Program-made: the position numbers and the translations under genes
Notes under the pieces: generated by a model
What the model saw: only the letters and a program-made list of their open reading frames with translations
Database searches by the model: none
What the model was told of the DNA's origin: nothing
NCBI GenBank assembly: GCA_963797095.1
Contig: CAWCNY010000003.1
Span: forward strand, 896,001 to 960,000
Direction: 5' to 3'
DNA from: an uncultured Chloroflexia bacterium
GTDB taxonomy: Bacteria > Chloroflexota > Chloroflexia > QHBQ01 > JADMIH01
Length of the DNA stretch: 64,000 nt
Shown: piece after piece, positions 50,920 through 61,354 of the stretch
How the letters are laid out: every line of letters starts with the position of its first letter
Position numbering within the stretch: the stretch's first letter is position 1

Positions 50920-51879
50920 ATGTCTTCGCTTCAATTCCCTACAGTGCCCGGCACGGCTGCAACTAAGGCCCAGGTGGTGCCTGCGCAGGGGGCGACGCTC
51001 CGCTCCCGCATGCGCAAGGCCCTGCCTGCCTACCTCTTCATCCTGCCGGGCATGATCCTCTTCCTGGTGTGGACGGTCTACCCGCTCGCCTATTCGTTCA
51101 TCATGAGTTTCGCCAAGTGGAACCTGATCAAGCCGAGCGAGTATATAGGGCTGGACAACTACACACGAGCCTTCAAGGACCCCATCTTCTGGTCGTCGCT
51201 TGGCAACACCCTCATGTACGTGGTGATCACGGTGCCGGGCCAAATGATACTGGGATTGGGGATCGCCCTGTTGTTGGATGCGCCGTTGCGCGGTCGGGCC
51301 TTCTTCCGCACGATCTACTACATCCCCGTGGTGACATCGTGGGTGGTGGTGTCTCTGTTGTTCAGCTACCTGTACAACGGGCAGGCGGGGCTTATCAACT
51401 GGTTCCTACACGATTTCCTGCGCATCATCCCCAAGGATATCAACTGGCTGGGCGAGCCGCTGATGGCTAACCTTGCCATAGCCAGCCTGGGCATCTACAA
51501 GGGCCTGGGTTGGACGGCGGTGATCTACCTGGCGGGGCTGCAATCGGTGCCAACCGAACTGTACGAGGCCGCCGCCCTGGACGGCGCTACCGCCTGGTCT
51601 CGGCTGCGTTATATAACGCTTCCTCTTATCCGCCAGACCATCCTGTTCCTGTTGGTGATCCTCACTATAGGCGGGTTCCAGGTCTTTATCTCGGTCTATG
51701 TGATGACGGGAGGTAATCCGTTGCACCGCACCGACGTGCTGCTCACTTATATGTACAGCAACGCTTTCGACACGCTCGACCTGGGCTACGGCGCGGCTCT
51801 TTCTTACCTTTTTGCCCTCATGGTGTTTGTTTTGAGCATAATGCAAATACGCTTCTTGCGGCGTCCGGTGCAGTATTGA
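50920..51879 (+). CDS. Sugar ABC permease
   Basis: YIGLDNY, ELYEAAALDGA. Confidence 0.94.
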   Translation: MSSLQFPTVPGTAATKAQVVPAQGATLRSRMRKALPAYLFILPGMILFLVWTVYPLAYSFIMSFAKWNLIKPSEYIGLDNYTRAFKDPIFWSSLGNTLMYVVITVPGQMILGLGIALLLDAPLRGRAFFRTIYYIPVVTSWVVVSLLFSYLYNGQAGLINWFLHDFLRIIPKDINWLGEPLMANLAIASLGIYKGLGWTAVIYLAGLQSVPTELYEAAALDGATAWSRLRYITLPLIRQTILFLLVILTIGGFQVFISVYVMTGGNPLHRTDVLLTYMYSNAFDTLDLGYGAALSYLFALMVFVLSIMQIRFLRRPVQY

Positions 51880-51958
51880 TGGGATGGTGGACGGAGGTTC
51901 CAAGTTCCTAGTAGTCGGTAGTCGGTAGTTGGGGACAATTAGAAAGTAGTGGGAATAG

Positions 51959-52792
51959 ATGGTAAATCGATTATCTTTGCGGACTAGCTTAATTTACTAT
52001 TTGCTGCTTGGGTTTGGGGCGGCAGTGATGATGATCCCTTTCATCTACATGGTCAGCACCTCGTTCAAGTCGCAGACTTTCGTGCTTGAACTGCCGCCCC
52101 AATTCATCCCGACCCAGCCCACCACGGCTAACTACACCGAGGCGTTCACCACCGATAAGTTCGGGCAGTACTTCCTCAACAGCCTGATTGTTGCCATCTC
52201 CTCCACGGTTATCAACGTGGTCCTTTCGTCGATGCTTGCTTATGCTTTTGCTCGCTGGGAGTTTCCGGGCAAGCAGTTTTTGTTTTACACGATGTTGGGC
52301 ACAATGATGATCCCTACCCTTGTGCTCATTATTCCGCAGTTCGTGCTGGCGAAGAACCTTCACGTGATCAACAGCCTGTGGGGGTTGGTGCTTGTCTATT
52401 CGGCCGGCACGGCTTTCAATATGTTCCTTCTGAGAGGCTTCTTCGAGGAGTTGCCCCAGGAGCTTATCGACTCGGCGCTCATAGATGGCGCGGGGCCGTT
52501 CGCCACCTTCTGGCGGGTGGCGTTGCCGCTGGCCCGCCCAGCGCTGGCGGCGGTTGCCATCTTCTCGTTCCTGGGGGCCTGGGACGAGTTCACGTGGGCC
52601 AACACCGCCATCTTCGACCCTGATTTACGAACGCTGCCTATCGCCCTCCGCCTGTTCCAGCAGCAGCATGGCACCGAGTGGGGTCTGGTGTTCGCGGCAT
52701 CCATAATCGCGCTGCTGCCGACCGTGATCATCTTCATCATCTTCCAGCGCAACTTCATCAAAGGCGTGATGTCGGGCGCGGTAAAGGGGTAG
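51959..52792 (+). CDS. Sugar ABC permease
   Basis: YFLNS, ELIDSALIDGA, FQRNFIKG. Confidence 0.94.
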   Translation: MVNRLSLRTSLIYYLLLGFGAAVMMIPFIYMVSTSFKSQTFVLELPPQFIPTQPTTANYTEAFTTDKFGQYFLNSLIVAISSTVINVVLSSMLAYAFARWEFPGKQFLFYTMLGTMMIPTLVLIIPQFVLAKNLHVINSLWGLVLVYSAGTAFNMFLLRGFFEELPQELIDSALIDGAGPFATFWRVALPLARPALAAVAIFSFLGAWDEFTWANTAIFDPDLRTLPIALRLFQQQHGTEWGLVFAASIIALLPTVIIFIIFQRNFIKGVMSGAVKG

Positions 52793-52793
52793 A

Positions 52794-53915
52794 ATGAACG
52801 ACCTCTTTACACGAAGCATCGAGATCATCAAAGCTAATCAGACACCCGGCGGGGCTTATCTAGCCAGTCCCAACTTCGCCCAGTATCACTACTGCTGGTT
52901 CCGCGATGGGGCCTACACCGCCTACGCGATGGACCTGGCGGGGGAGCACGAAAGCGCCTTCCGCTTCTATGATTGGGCGGCAAACATAATCGCGGGGCGG
53001 GCCTCCCAGGTCGAGCGGGCGGTAGAGGCTGCCTTAGCGGGAAGAGTGCCAGCTCCCGACGATATCCTGCACACCCGGTATACGGTCGAGGGTGGTATGA
53101 GCGATGAGGAGTGGCCTAACTTCCAGCTTGACGGCTTTGGAACGCTTCTATGGGGTATGTCGAGGCACCTGGCCCTCACTGGGCGCTCTCTCGCTAATAC
53201 GCCTACTGGCTGGCGTGATGCCGTGGTGCTGCTGGTGCGCTACCTGGGCGCTCTCTGGACTATGCCCTGCTACGATTGTTGGGAGGAGTTCAGCGACAAG
53301 ATTCACACGTACACCCTGGCCGCCCTCTATGGCGGACTTGAGGCCGCCGACGGAATGTTGAGCGGGTTGGTGCTGGACCCCATGTATGGATCGTCGATCT
53401 CGGCTTATGCTTTCGCCGCCTCCGACTCGGCCATGCTCATCAAGCTGTTCGTGCTGCGCAACTGCGTCGACCAGGGTACGTTGTGCAAGTTTGTCGGGAA
53501 TAACGCTGTTGACGGCAATCTGATCAACGTGTCCACTCCCTACAATTTGCTCGGTCCCCATGACCCGGTTATGGCTGCTACCGCAGATCGGGTCGAAGCT
53601 GAACTACGCCGAGAAGGCGACGGCGTGCACAGATATGGAGAGGATAGCTATTACGGTGGGGGTGAATGGCTTCTCCTCACGGCATACCTGGGCTGGCACT
53701 ATGTAGAGCGCGGGGAGAAAGAGCGCGCGCGGGAATTGCTAAGCTGGATCGAGCGGCAAGCACACGGCGATGGCGCGCTGCCGGAGCAGGTGGCATGCCA
53801 CCTGAACTACCCCGATATGCTGCCGGTGTGGGAAGAGAGATGGGGCAAGATCGCCACCCCCCTCCTGTGGTCCCACGCCGCCTATATCACTCTGTTCGCA
53901 CACTTGCAAGGATAG
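52794..53915 (+). CDS. GH15-like glucoamylase/glucodextranase, catalytic domain only
   Basis: YCWFRDG, QLDG, DCWEE, RYGEDSYYGG, LPEQ, PLLWSHA. Confidence 0.88.
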   Translation: MNDLFTRSIEIIKANQTPGGAYLASPNFAQYHYCWFRDGAYTAYAMDLAGEHESAFRFYDWAANIIAGRASQVERAVEAALAGRVPAPDDILHTRYTVEGGMSDEEWPNFQLDGFGTLLWGMSRHLALTGRSLANTPTGWRDAVVLLVRYLGALWTMPCYDCWEEFSDKIHTYTLAALYGGLEAADGMLSGLVLDPMYGSSISAYAFAASDSAMLIKLFVLRNCVDQGTLCKFVGNNAVDGNLINVSTPYNLLGPHDPVMAATADRVEAELRREGDGVHRYGEDSYYGGGEWLLLTAYLGWHYVERGEKERARELLSWIERQAHGDGALPEQVACHLNYPDMLPVWEERWGKIATPLLWSHAAYITLFAHLQG

Positions 53916-53917
53916 AG

Positions 53918-55645
53918 ATGCAGAAGCCGGAAATTAGAGATCAGAAGCCAGAGGAGAGCAACCAGGACGCAGAGGCATCACCTGTTTCGGTGGATGTTGT
54001 GCCTGACAAGGCTTTTTACCGGCCCGGAGAGGAAGCGCGGATCAGCGTAACGGTAAGCAGCGCTGACGACCGGCCGGTGAGAGGTCGCATTGAGCTGGAA
54101 CTGGTCCACCTGGTCGATGTGTTGGAGATGCATGAGCAGGAGATAGAGCTGGCGCCACGTGCGGTTGAAACGGTGTTGTTTGCGGTCAGGCCGCCCTCGG
54201 CCCCTCTGCATGGCTACGGGTTGGACGTGACGATCTATAGCGAAGATGGTGGGGTGCTGGGCGGGGGGAGTGGGGCGTTGGACGTGCTGGAGCGCTGGTC
54301 TCAAGCCCCACGCTACGGCTTCCTCTCAGATTTCGCGCCCGACCAGCAATCGAGCGTGGAGGCGCGCGTGGCCTCGCTACGCCTCTACCATCTCAACGTG
54401 GTGCAGTTTTACGACTGGATGTGGCGACATTACCGCCTATTGCCGCCTGCGGAGGAGTTTACGGACGCGCTTGGGCGCAGGCTCTCCCTGCGCACAGTGC
54501 GCTCAGCGATTGAAGGAGTGCAGGCGATGGGCGGGGCGGCGATGGCCTACGGGGCGGTATATGGAGCGGAGCCTGAGTACGCCGATGCTCACCAGGAGTT
54601 GCGCCTGTACGACGAGCAGGGCCAGCCGATCAGTTTGGCCGAGCTATTCTATATCATGAATATCTCGCCAGGCTCGCCCTGGGTTGACCTGATAGTTGGA
54701 GAGTTTGCCGAAACCGTCCGCGAGCTTGGTTTTGACGGCATCCATCTCGACCAGTATGGCTTTCCCAAGACCGCCTATTCAGCCGAGGGCGAGTTGGTGG
54801 ACCTGTCCGTTTGCTTTCCTCCACTGATAGATAGGTCGCGTGCGGCGGTGGTAGCGGAGCGGGCGGAGGCGGGAGTGATCTTCAACGCGGTTGAGAACTG
54901 GCCTATCGAAACGGTCGCCTCAACTACACAGGACGCCGTTTACATAGAGGTGTGGCCTCCCTACACTTCGTACAACGATCTGCGCGCGTTGATCCGCGAG
55001 GGGAAACGGCTCGGCGTGGACAAACAGGTGATCCTGGCTGCGTACCTTTCGCCTTTCCTGGGAAACGCGGAAGAGGCAGCGCCCGGTGCGGAGGCGGCGG
55101 CGCTCCTGGCGACCGCGACTATAGCGGCCAGTGGGGGCTTCCACCTGTTGTTGGGCGAACGTGATGGGGTGCTCTGCGATCCTTATTACCCTAAATACGG
55201 GACTTTGCGCCCCTCTTTTGCTCCTACCATGCGGGCTTACTACGATTTCCTGGTGCGCTACGAAGAGCTTTTTATCGCGCCCGACGTAGCGGATTGGACA
55301 CCCGGAACGATTAAATCGCCGGGCGTACCTGTGAGTCGCGAGGCGGAGGTAGGCTCGATCTGGGCGATTCCGCGCGCCAGGCCCGGCTATCGCATACTCC
55401 ATCTCATCAACCTGTCGGATCAAGCTGATATTGCCTGGAACGAGCCGCGCACCGCCCCCAGGCTGCGGGAAGATTTCGACCTGGTTGTGAGCGATCTACC
55501 TCATGTGAAGGAGGTGCTGTTGCTCGCCCCAGAAGCGGCTGCCGCTTTGCCTTTGCGGTGGAGTCAGGAGGGAGATAGGGTGCATCTTCGCCTGCCCCGT
55601 TGCTATGTATGGGCTGTGGTCGTATATGTGCTGGCGGATGGATAG
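53918..55645 (+). CDS. GH66 dextranase/cycloisomaltooligosaccharide glucanotransferase-like protein, no signal peptide
   Basis: PDKAFYRPGE, GYGLDV, PRYGFLSDF, QFYDWMWRH, GFDGIHLDQYG, YIEVW, YYDFLVRYE, HLINL. Confidence 0.87.
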   Translation: MQKPEIRDQKPEESNQDAEASPVSVDVVPDKAFYRPGEEARISVTVSSADDRPVRGRIELELVHLVDVLEMHEQEIELAPRAVETVLFAVRPPSAPLHGYGLDVTIYSEDGGVLGGGSGALDVLERWSQAPRYGFLSDFAPDQQSSVEARVASLRLYHLNVVQFYDWMWRHYRLLPPAEEFTDALGRRLSLRTVRSAIEGVQAMGGAAMAYGAVYGAEPEYADAHQELRLYDEQGQPISLAELFYIMNISPGSPWVDLIVGEFAETVRELGFDGIHLDQYGFPKTAYSAEGELVDLSVCFPPLIDRSRAAVVAERAEAGVIFNAVENWPIETVASTTQDAVYIEVWPPYTSYNDLRALIREGKRLGVDKQVILAAYLSPFLGNAEEAAPGAEAAALLATATIAASGGFHLLLGERDGVLCDPYYPKYGTLRPSFAPTMRAYYDFLVRYEELFIAPDVADWTPGTIKSPGVPVSREAEVGSIWAIPRARPGYRILHLINLSDQADIAWNEPRTAPRLREDFDLVVSDLPHVKEVLLLAPEAAAALPLRWSQEGDRVHLRLPRCYVWAVVVYVLADG

Positions 55646-55665
55646 CTACCTGGGCCAGGTATACC

Positions 55666-56973
55666 TCAGAGGGGACCAACGCCGTCCACTGCCTGGCAGA
55701 CATACATGGGCGCGACAAGCCCCGTCTCGGCCATATAGCGCTCCACTACCTCGCGGTTGAATGTGCTGACTGCTTCCGTTTTCACAAGATGCACGGTCGA
55801 GCCGCCGAAACCCCCGCCCGTCATGCGCGTGCCGAGCACGCCGGGCATACGCCGTGCCAGCTCGATCAGGCGGTCTATGGGAGGGACGGTGATCTGGTAA
55901 TCGTCTCGCATGCTCACATGCGACCTGTACATAAGCTGGCCGAACCGGTCCAGGTCGCCGGCCTGCAAAGCCTCTACGCTTAACAATACTCTTTCGTTTT
56001 CTGTAACGACATGGCGCACTCGCCTGCGAACGATTTCGGGCAATGCCGCGCTGTGTCGTTCAAAATCCTCGATAGTGATGTCGCGGAGCGAATTGATATT
56101 GCGACCCGGCATGAGTGCCTGGAGCAGCCTCACTCCTTCCAGGCACTCGCGCTTGCGAGTGTTGTACTCGCTATCTACAAGACCGCGCTGCACACCCGAT
56201 TCCACCACTACCACCGATACTCCGTGCTGCTCCGCAGGGAGCACTCCGCGCTGCTCCGCAGGGAGCACTCCGCGCTGCTCCGCAGGGAGCACTCCGTGCT
56301 GCTCCGCAGGGAGCACTCCGTGCTGCTCCGCAGGGAGCACTCCGTGCTGCTCAAGGCCGAGCGGTACCACTTGGTAGGTGAGATCGCGGCAGTCTATACA
56401 CAAAGCCGCGTCACGCTGCCCGAGTGCTGAAATGAACTGGTCCATGATACCCGTCTGCACGCCTACAAAGCGGTTTTCGGCCTCCTGGCCCCATAGAGCA
56501 AGCTGAACTTTATCGATCTGCTCTCCGGATAGCGAGGCAAAAGTATAACCAACAGCAATTTCCAGGGCGGCCGAGGAAGACAGGCCCGCACCCCTGGGCA
56601 CATCGCCTGCTATAGCGATATCCGCGCCTACGAGCGGCTGCCCGTGGTCGCGCAAGGCCGCGGCTACTCCGCGCACGTAGTTACTCCACCCGGCGTCCTG
56701 GGAAGGGGTTATGTCGTCAACGTCAAAAGTGGAAAGCTGGCTGTAATCTTGCGAGTAAAGACAAATCAGGCGAGAGCCGGAGGGTGCTGCCAGCGTGATC
56801 ACCTGCCGGTCGATAGCTATTGGCAGCACGAAGCCGCCGTTGTAATCTGTGTGCTCGCCTATCAGGTTGACCCTGCCCGGCGCACGCACCGCTAAAGTAG
56901 GCTCCCGCCCGAAGGTTTGTTTGAATTGAGCGTAAAGTTCCTCGATCATTGGCAACTCATTTCGTGGCTGCAT
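55666..56973 (-). CDS. galK: Galactokinase with an in-frame 40-aa repeat insertion
   Basis: APGRVNLIGEHTDYNGG, PRGAGLSSSAA, GIMDQ, RMTGGGFGG. Confidence 0.95.
   Translation of the reverse strand: MQPRNELPMIEELYAQFKQTFGREPTLAVRAPGRVNLIGEHTDYNGGFVLPIAIDRQVITLAAPSGSRLICLYSQDYSQLSTFDVDDITPSQDAGWSNYVRGVAAALRDHGQPLVGADIAIAGDVPRGAGLSSSAALEIAVGYTFASLSGEQIDKVQLALWGQEAENRFVGVQTGIMDQFISALGQRDAALCIDCRDLTYQVVPLGLEQHGVLPAEQHGVLPAEQHGVLPAEQRGVLPAEQRGVLPAEQHGVSVVVVESGVQRGLVDSEYNTRKRECLEGVRLLQALMPGRNINSLRDITIEDFERHSAALPEIVRRRVRHVVTENERVLLSVEALQAGDLDRFGQLMYRSHVSMRDDYQITVPPIDRLIELARRMPGVLGTRMTGGGFGGSTVHLVKTEAVSTFNREVVERYMAETGLVAPMYVCQAVDGVGPL
56219..56352. repeat. 24-bp tandem repeat (5 copies + 14 bp) encoding EQ(H/R)GVLPA
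   Basis: Minus strand GAGCAGC(A/G)CGGAGTGCTCCCTGCG repeated. Confidence 0.95.
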
Positions 56974-57026
56974 CTCCTCGATACCTTCGGGAAGATGTCT
57001 CGCCGGCCGGGGTAACTCAAAACCGT

Positions 57027-58076
57027 TTACTCCTCGGAGCTGCTGCGGAGCTGTTCCGCAGCACTTTCTGCGGTGACATCTCGTTGCGGCTGGCCCAGCA
57101 TTTCATAACCGACCATGAACTTGCGTATAGTAGCCGAGCGCAGTAGAGGCGGGTAAAAGTGGGCGTGCAGGTGCCACTCCTGGTGGTTCGCATCGTCGGT
57201 AGGGCTCTGGTGAAAGCCCATACTGTAAGGGAAGCTAATCTCGAACAGCTTATCGTATCGACGCGTTACACTTCGCAGGATGCCCGCTAAACCGTCGCGC
57301 TCTGCCGGTGAAAGGGTGGGTAGGGCACCGTGGTGCTTACGAGGCAAGACTAACGTCTCAAAAGGCCATACCGCCCAGAACGGCACCAGCGCCACGAAGT
57401 GTTCGTTGGAGCAAATGACGCGCTGCTCGTGCTGCAACTCCAACCGCAGGTAATCACATAGAAGGCAGTTACCGGACGCCGACGCATAAGCCCCCTGCTC
57501 GCGCAATTCTTTGGCCGGTTCGTTAGGTATTCGTTCGTTTGCCCAGATCTGCCCGTGCGGGTGCGGGTTGCTCGCGCCCATCATCTCGCCCCGGTTTTCA
57601 AAAATCTGTACATGTTGCACCCAGGCTAAGTCCCCCAATTTTACGTACTGGTCAACCCAGGTGTCCACAACCCGCCGGAGGTCGGGGATATCCATGCCGG
57701 ACAGGGTAAGGTCGTGGCGTGGGGAGAAACAGACAACCCGGCAGATGCCGCGCTCGCTGTTGGCCTCTATCAGGGATGGCCGGGTGTCATCCACGCTGTA
57801 GGCAAGATCGGCGGGTGCAGTGTTGGGACGCAGGGCGGCAAAGTCGTTCTCAAAGACGAAGGTACCTGTGTAATCGGGATTGCGCACGCCGCCTGCGCGC
57901 ACGTTGCCGGGGCAGAGATAGCAGGTGGGATCGTAAGTGGGCCGCTGTTCTGATACGACCCGCTCCATCTGGCCTTGCCATGGCCGAGCCGTGCGTTGCG
58001 GCGACACCAGCAGCCACTCGCCGGTGAGTGCATTCCGCCTGCGGTGAGGTGCCGAGAACAGGGTGGTGTCATCCAT
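57027..58076 (-). CDS. galT: Galactose-1-phosphate uridylyltransferase
   Basis: [51 protein letters not shown]. Confidence 0.96.
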   Translation of the reverse strand: MDDTTLFSAPHRRRNALTGEWLLVSPQRTARPWQGQMERVVSEQRPTYDPTCYLCPGNVRAGGVRNPDYTGTFVFENDFAALRPNTAPADLAYSVDDTRPSLIEANSERGICRVVCFSPRHDLTLSGMDIPDLRRVVDTWVDQYVKLGDLAWVQHVQIFENRGEMMGASNPHPHGQIWANERIPNEPAKELREQGAYASASGNCLLCDYLRLELQHEQRVICSNEHFVALVPFWAVWPFETLVLPRKHHGALPTLSPAERDGLAGILRSVTRRYDKLFEISFPYSMGFHQSPTDDANHQEWHLHAHFYPPLLRSATIRKFMVGYEMLGQPQRDVTAESAAEQLRSSSEE

Positions 58077-58146
58077 TGGTCGTGTCTCCTCCTGTGCTCA
58101 ACAGATGTGAGAGGTGAGCCGGGACTTCTTCGGACCAGGGCCGAAT

Positions 58147-59118
58147 CTACCAGGCGTAGGCTTCCGGTGCCTCGCCGCCCGGCCCCGGCCAGATCTCGTC
58201 AAGGCGCGCCAGGCTTTCGGCGCTGAGATGCAATTCCAGCGCCCGCAGCGACGCTTGCAGTTGGTCTACCGTGCGCGGCCCTATGATCGGCCCCGTCACT
58301 ACAGGGTTATGCAACAGCCATGCCAGTGCCACATCTGCCTGCTGCTCCCCAAGCTCCCGGCAGAACGCCTGGTATGTATCCAGTTGCGGCCCGTACTTCT
58401 CCACCTCTTTTTGCATCCCCTCACCGGCCCGGCGGCCTTCGCTTGTCGTTCCTGCCGGGCCTGCGAGCAGACCGCCCGCGAGAGGGCCCCACGGGATGAT
58501 GCCCAGGCCGTATTCTCGGCAGGCGGGAATTACCTCCAGCTCGATGGTGCGGTCGCGCAGGCTGTAGCGACTTTGCTCGGCAACCAGGCCCATGAAATGT
58601 CGCGCCTGTGCAGCGCAGTTGGCCTGGACTATGTGCCACCCGGCGAAGTTGCTGCTACCGACGTAGATGACCTTACCCTCGCGCACCAACTGCTCCATCG
58701 CCTGCCAGATCTCCTCCCAGGGCGTGGTCCGGTCAACGTGGTGCATCTGGTACAGGTCTATATGGTCGGTTTGCAAACGCCGCAGGCTCTCCTCGCAGGC
58801 CCGGCGAATGTGATAGGCCGACAAGCCCCGGTCGTTGGGGCCTTCACCCATTTTCTGGTACACCTTGGTCGACAGCACGATCTGTTCCCGGCGGGCGGGG
58901 TTCTGGGCCAGCCAGCGCCCGATTATCTGCTCTGATTGGCCTTCGCCAAGCCTGGTGCTGTACACGTTAGCCGTGTCAAAGAAGTTGATGCCCACTTCCA
59001 GCGCTCTGTCCATAATCGCGAAACTGCCCGCTTCATCGGCCTGCGAGCCGAAGTTCATGGTGCCGAGACAGAAACGGCTGACGCTCAGGCCGGTGCGGCC
59101 AAGATGCGCATATTGCAT
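58147..59118 (-). CDS. Aldo/keto reductase
   Basis: LGTMNFG, FFDTANVY, SLRRLQTDHIDLYQMH. Confidence 0.93.
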   Translation of the reverse strand: MQYAHLGRTGLSVSRFCLGTMNFGSQADEAGSFAIMDRALEVGINFFDTANVYSTRLGEGQSEQIIGRWLAQNPARREQIVLSTKVYQKMGEGPNDRGLSAYHIRRACEESLRRLQTDHIDLYQMHHVDRTTPWEEIWQAMEQLVREGKVIYVGSSNFAGWHIVQANCAAQARHFMGLVAEQSRYSLRDRTIELEVIPACREYGLGIIPWGPLAGGLLAGPAGTTSEGRRAGEGMQKEVEKYGPQLDTYQAFCRELGEQQADVALAWLLHNPVVTGPIIGPRTVDQLQASLRALELHLSAESLARLDEIWPGPGGEAPEAYAW

Positions 59119-59137
59119 AGCGTCCTCTCTTGAATAC

Positions 59138-61210
59138 CTATCCTTCCAGGATGGCTACTTCGTGTGCGGGTAGCGCGAGCACACCCTCGTGCGTTTTGCC
59201 CGTAAGGAGGTCGCGCATGGGGGATGGTAGAGACACATGCGCCTCAAACGTGTTGTGGTTGAGTACGAAGGTGTAGCCCCGGCCTTCCGCCTCTCGACGG
59301 CTCACCTCCACGCCCTCCGGCGCTTCCAGGGGCGAGGCTATCCCCAGGTCGTCCAGCGCCATTCCCACCACGTTCGCTACCAATTCCGGCGTGGGGCGGG
59401 TAGCCACGTATATAGCGCGGCCCTCTCCAAACCGGTGTTGAGTAATCGCGGGCTGCCCCGCATAGAAATCTTCCTCGAAAGTTGCCAGCGCTTCAGCGCC
59501 TTCCAGGTGCACTATATCGCACCACAAATCGCAACCGTAACTGCCGCCCGGCAACTTGCCCTCTCCGGGCACCAGCAGCCGGGTGCTCATATCCGGCTCC
59601 AGCGGGTCGAACTCTTCTACCCAGATGCCAAGCGTCTTGCGTAGCGGGCCGGGCGAGCCGCCCAACCAGGCGCGGTCGCTCTCGTCTACCACCCCGCTGA
59701 AGAAGGTCGTCAAGAAGGTGCCGCCCCCCTGCACATAGCGCTCGATAGCGGCACCTTGCCCGGCGCTCACCATATTCAGTAAAGGCGCGATAACGAGGGC
59801 GTATCCGCTCAGGTCGCGGTCCGGAGGTACGACGTCCACCGCGATGTTGCGGTCCCACAGAGGGCGATAATAGCGCTGTACCTCCTCGACGTAGGAGAGA
59901 GCGCTGCTTGGACCGGGAGTGTACTCGACATTCCACCAGTTGGGCCAGCTAAAGACCAGGGCGATGCGAGCCGGCAGGCGCGTGCCCAGGACGCTATCGC
60001 CCAGGGCCCGTAGCTCTGCCCCCAGCGTGGCGACATCGTTGAACACGCGAGTGTGCTCGTGCCCCGCCTGGCTTACGACCGCACCATGATATTTCTCCGC
60101 CGAGCCGCGTGATTGCCGCCACTGGAAGTACATCACCGCGTCCGAGCCGCGGGCCACCGCCTGGTAGCTGAGCAAGCGCATAATATGCGGGCGCTTGAGA
60201 GGGTTGTGCGAGCGCCACTGTACCTGGCTGGGCGTCTGCTCTATCAGCAGCCACGGCAGGCCTGCTTTGAGGCCGCGCATCAGGTCGTGGCGCAGGGCTA
60301 CTGCGCTCGGGTGGTCGCTTCTCTGCGGATATGAGTCCCAGGAGACTACATCAAGATAAGGTGCCCAGGCAAAGTAGTCGAGGGGTTTGTACCACTCCAT
60401 CAGGTTGGTGGTTACGGGCACATGGGGAGTTATCTCGTGCAGAATATCCGCCTCGCCCCTGTAGCATTCCAGGTTCATATCGGACATGAATCTGCGGTAG
60501 TCAAGTACGAGGCCCTGGATGCTGTGCTCCCCTCGCCCGCCCGGAGGCTCGATCTGCTCCCAGGTTGTGTATGTATGGCCCCAGAAGGGTGTTACCCAGT
60601 GCTTATTGACCTCATCGAGCGGGCCGTAGCGAGCCTGTAGCCACACGCGGAAGCGGGCCGCGCAACGCTCGCAATAGCAAGTCGGCCCGTACTCGTTGCT
60701 CACATGCCACAGCAAGAGAGCCGGATGTTGGCGATAACGTTCGGCCAGGCGCTTTGCGAGGTTTTGGGCGAGCCTGCGGAAATCAGGGCTGGTGGGACAA
60801 TAGTTTTGCCGGTGGCCGTGCTTCTTGCGTATACCCTGGTCGTCTACCGGCAACACATCCGGGTATGCCTCCGAGAGCCAGGCCGGTTGGGCTGCGGTTG
60901 CCGTTGCCAGGGAGGCGAACACTCCGTTTTCCGCCAGCAAATCGAGCACCCGGTCCAGCCACTCGAAAGTGAATGTATGCTCGTCGGGCTGCAACGAAAC
61001 CCAGCTAAAAACGCCTACGGTAGCGACGTTCACCCCCGCCAGGCGCATCAGGCGCATATCTTCCTGCCAGATAGCTTCGCCCTCGTAACCGAACCTGGGC
61101 GTCCACTGTTCGGGATTGTAGTCGCCTCCATAGGCTATCTGTTTTAGACGCCCATACAGCCACTTCATCCGGCCCGCCCCGTCGGGCGCTATTGTGTTGT
61201 CAGGGTCCAT
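59138..61210 (-). CDS. GH42 beta-galactosidase
   Basis: YGGDYNPEQW, GVFSW, WHVSNEY, SWDSYP, YFQWRQSRGSAEKYHGA; start uncertain (61210 or 61168). Confidence 0.93.
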   Translation of the reverse strand: MDPDNTIAPDGAGRMKWLYGRLKQIAYGGDYNPEQWTPRFGYEGEAIWQEDMRLMRLAGVNVATVGVFSWVSLQPDEHTFTFEWLDRVLDLLAENGVFASLATATAAQPAWLSEAYPDVLPVDDQGIRKKHGHRQNYCPTSPDFRRLAQNLAKRLAERYRQHPALLLWHVSNEYGPTCYCERCAARFRVWLQARYGPLDEVNKHWVTPFWGHTYTTWEQIEPPGGRGEHSIQGLVLDYRRFMSDMNLECYRGEADILHEITPHVPVTTNLMEWYKPLDYFAWAPYLDVVSWDSYPQRSDHPSAVALRHDLMRGLKAGLPWLLIEQTPSQVQWRSHNPLKRPHIMRLLSYQAVARGSDAVMYFQWRQSRGSAEKYHGAVVSQAGHEHTRVFNDVATLGAELRALGDSVLGTRLPARIALVFSWPNWWNVEYTPGPSSALSYVEEVQRYYRPLWDRNIAVDVVPPDRDLSGYALVIAPLLNMVSAGQGAAIERYVQGGGTFLTTFFSGVVDESDRAWLGGSPGPLRKTLGIWVEEFDPLEPDMSTRLLVPGEGKLPGGSYGCDLWCDIVHLEGAEALATFEEDFYAGQPAITQHRFGEGRAIYVATRPTPELVANVVGMALDDLGIASPLEAPEGVEVSRREAEGRGYTFVLNHNTFEAHVSLPSPMRDLLTGKTHEGVLALPAHEVAILEG

Positions 61211-61305
61211 TTTGGCCTTTCTTTGAGTGACGAGTTTTGCGTATGGTCCGCGCCGTGCCAATACCTCTGGTACGGTGGGCCAGTGCACCGTTGCGGGGAA
61301 ATACA

Positions 61306-61337
61306 GGAGGGCTGGACGCGGTGGCTCAGCCCTCCTA
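61306..61337 (-). terminator. Stem-loop after the SBP gene
   Basis: AGGAGGGCTG...CAGCCCTCCT. Confidence 0.65.
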
Positions 61338-61354
61338 CTTCCGTCTTGAGTGTC

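Noticed and set aside
56219-56352. CRISPR-like array
   Set aside because: Head-to-tail units without spacers; the same applies to 62769-62843
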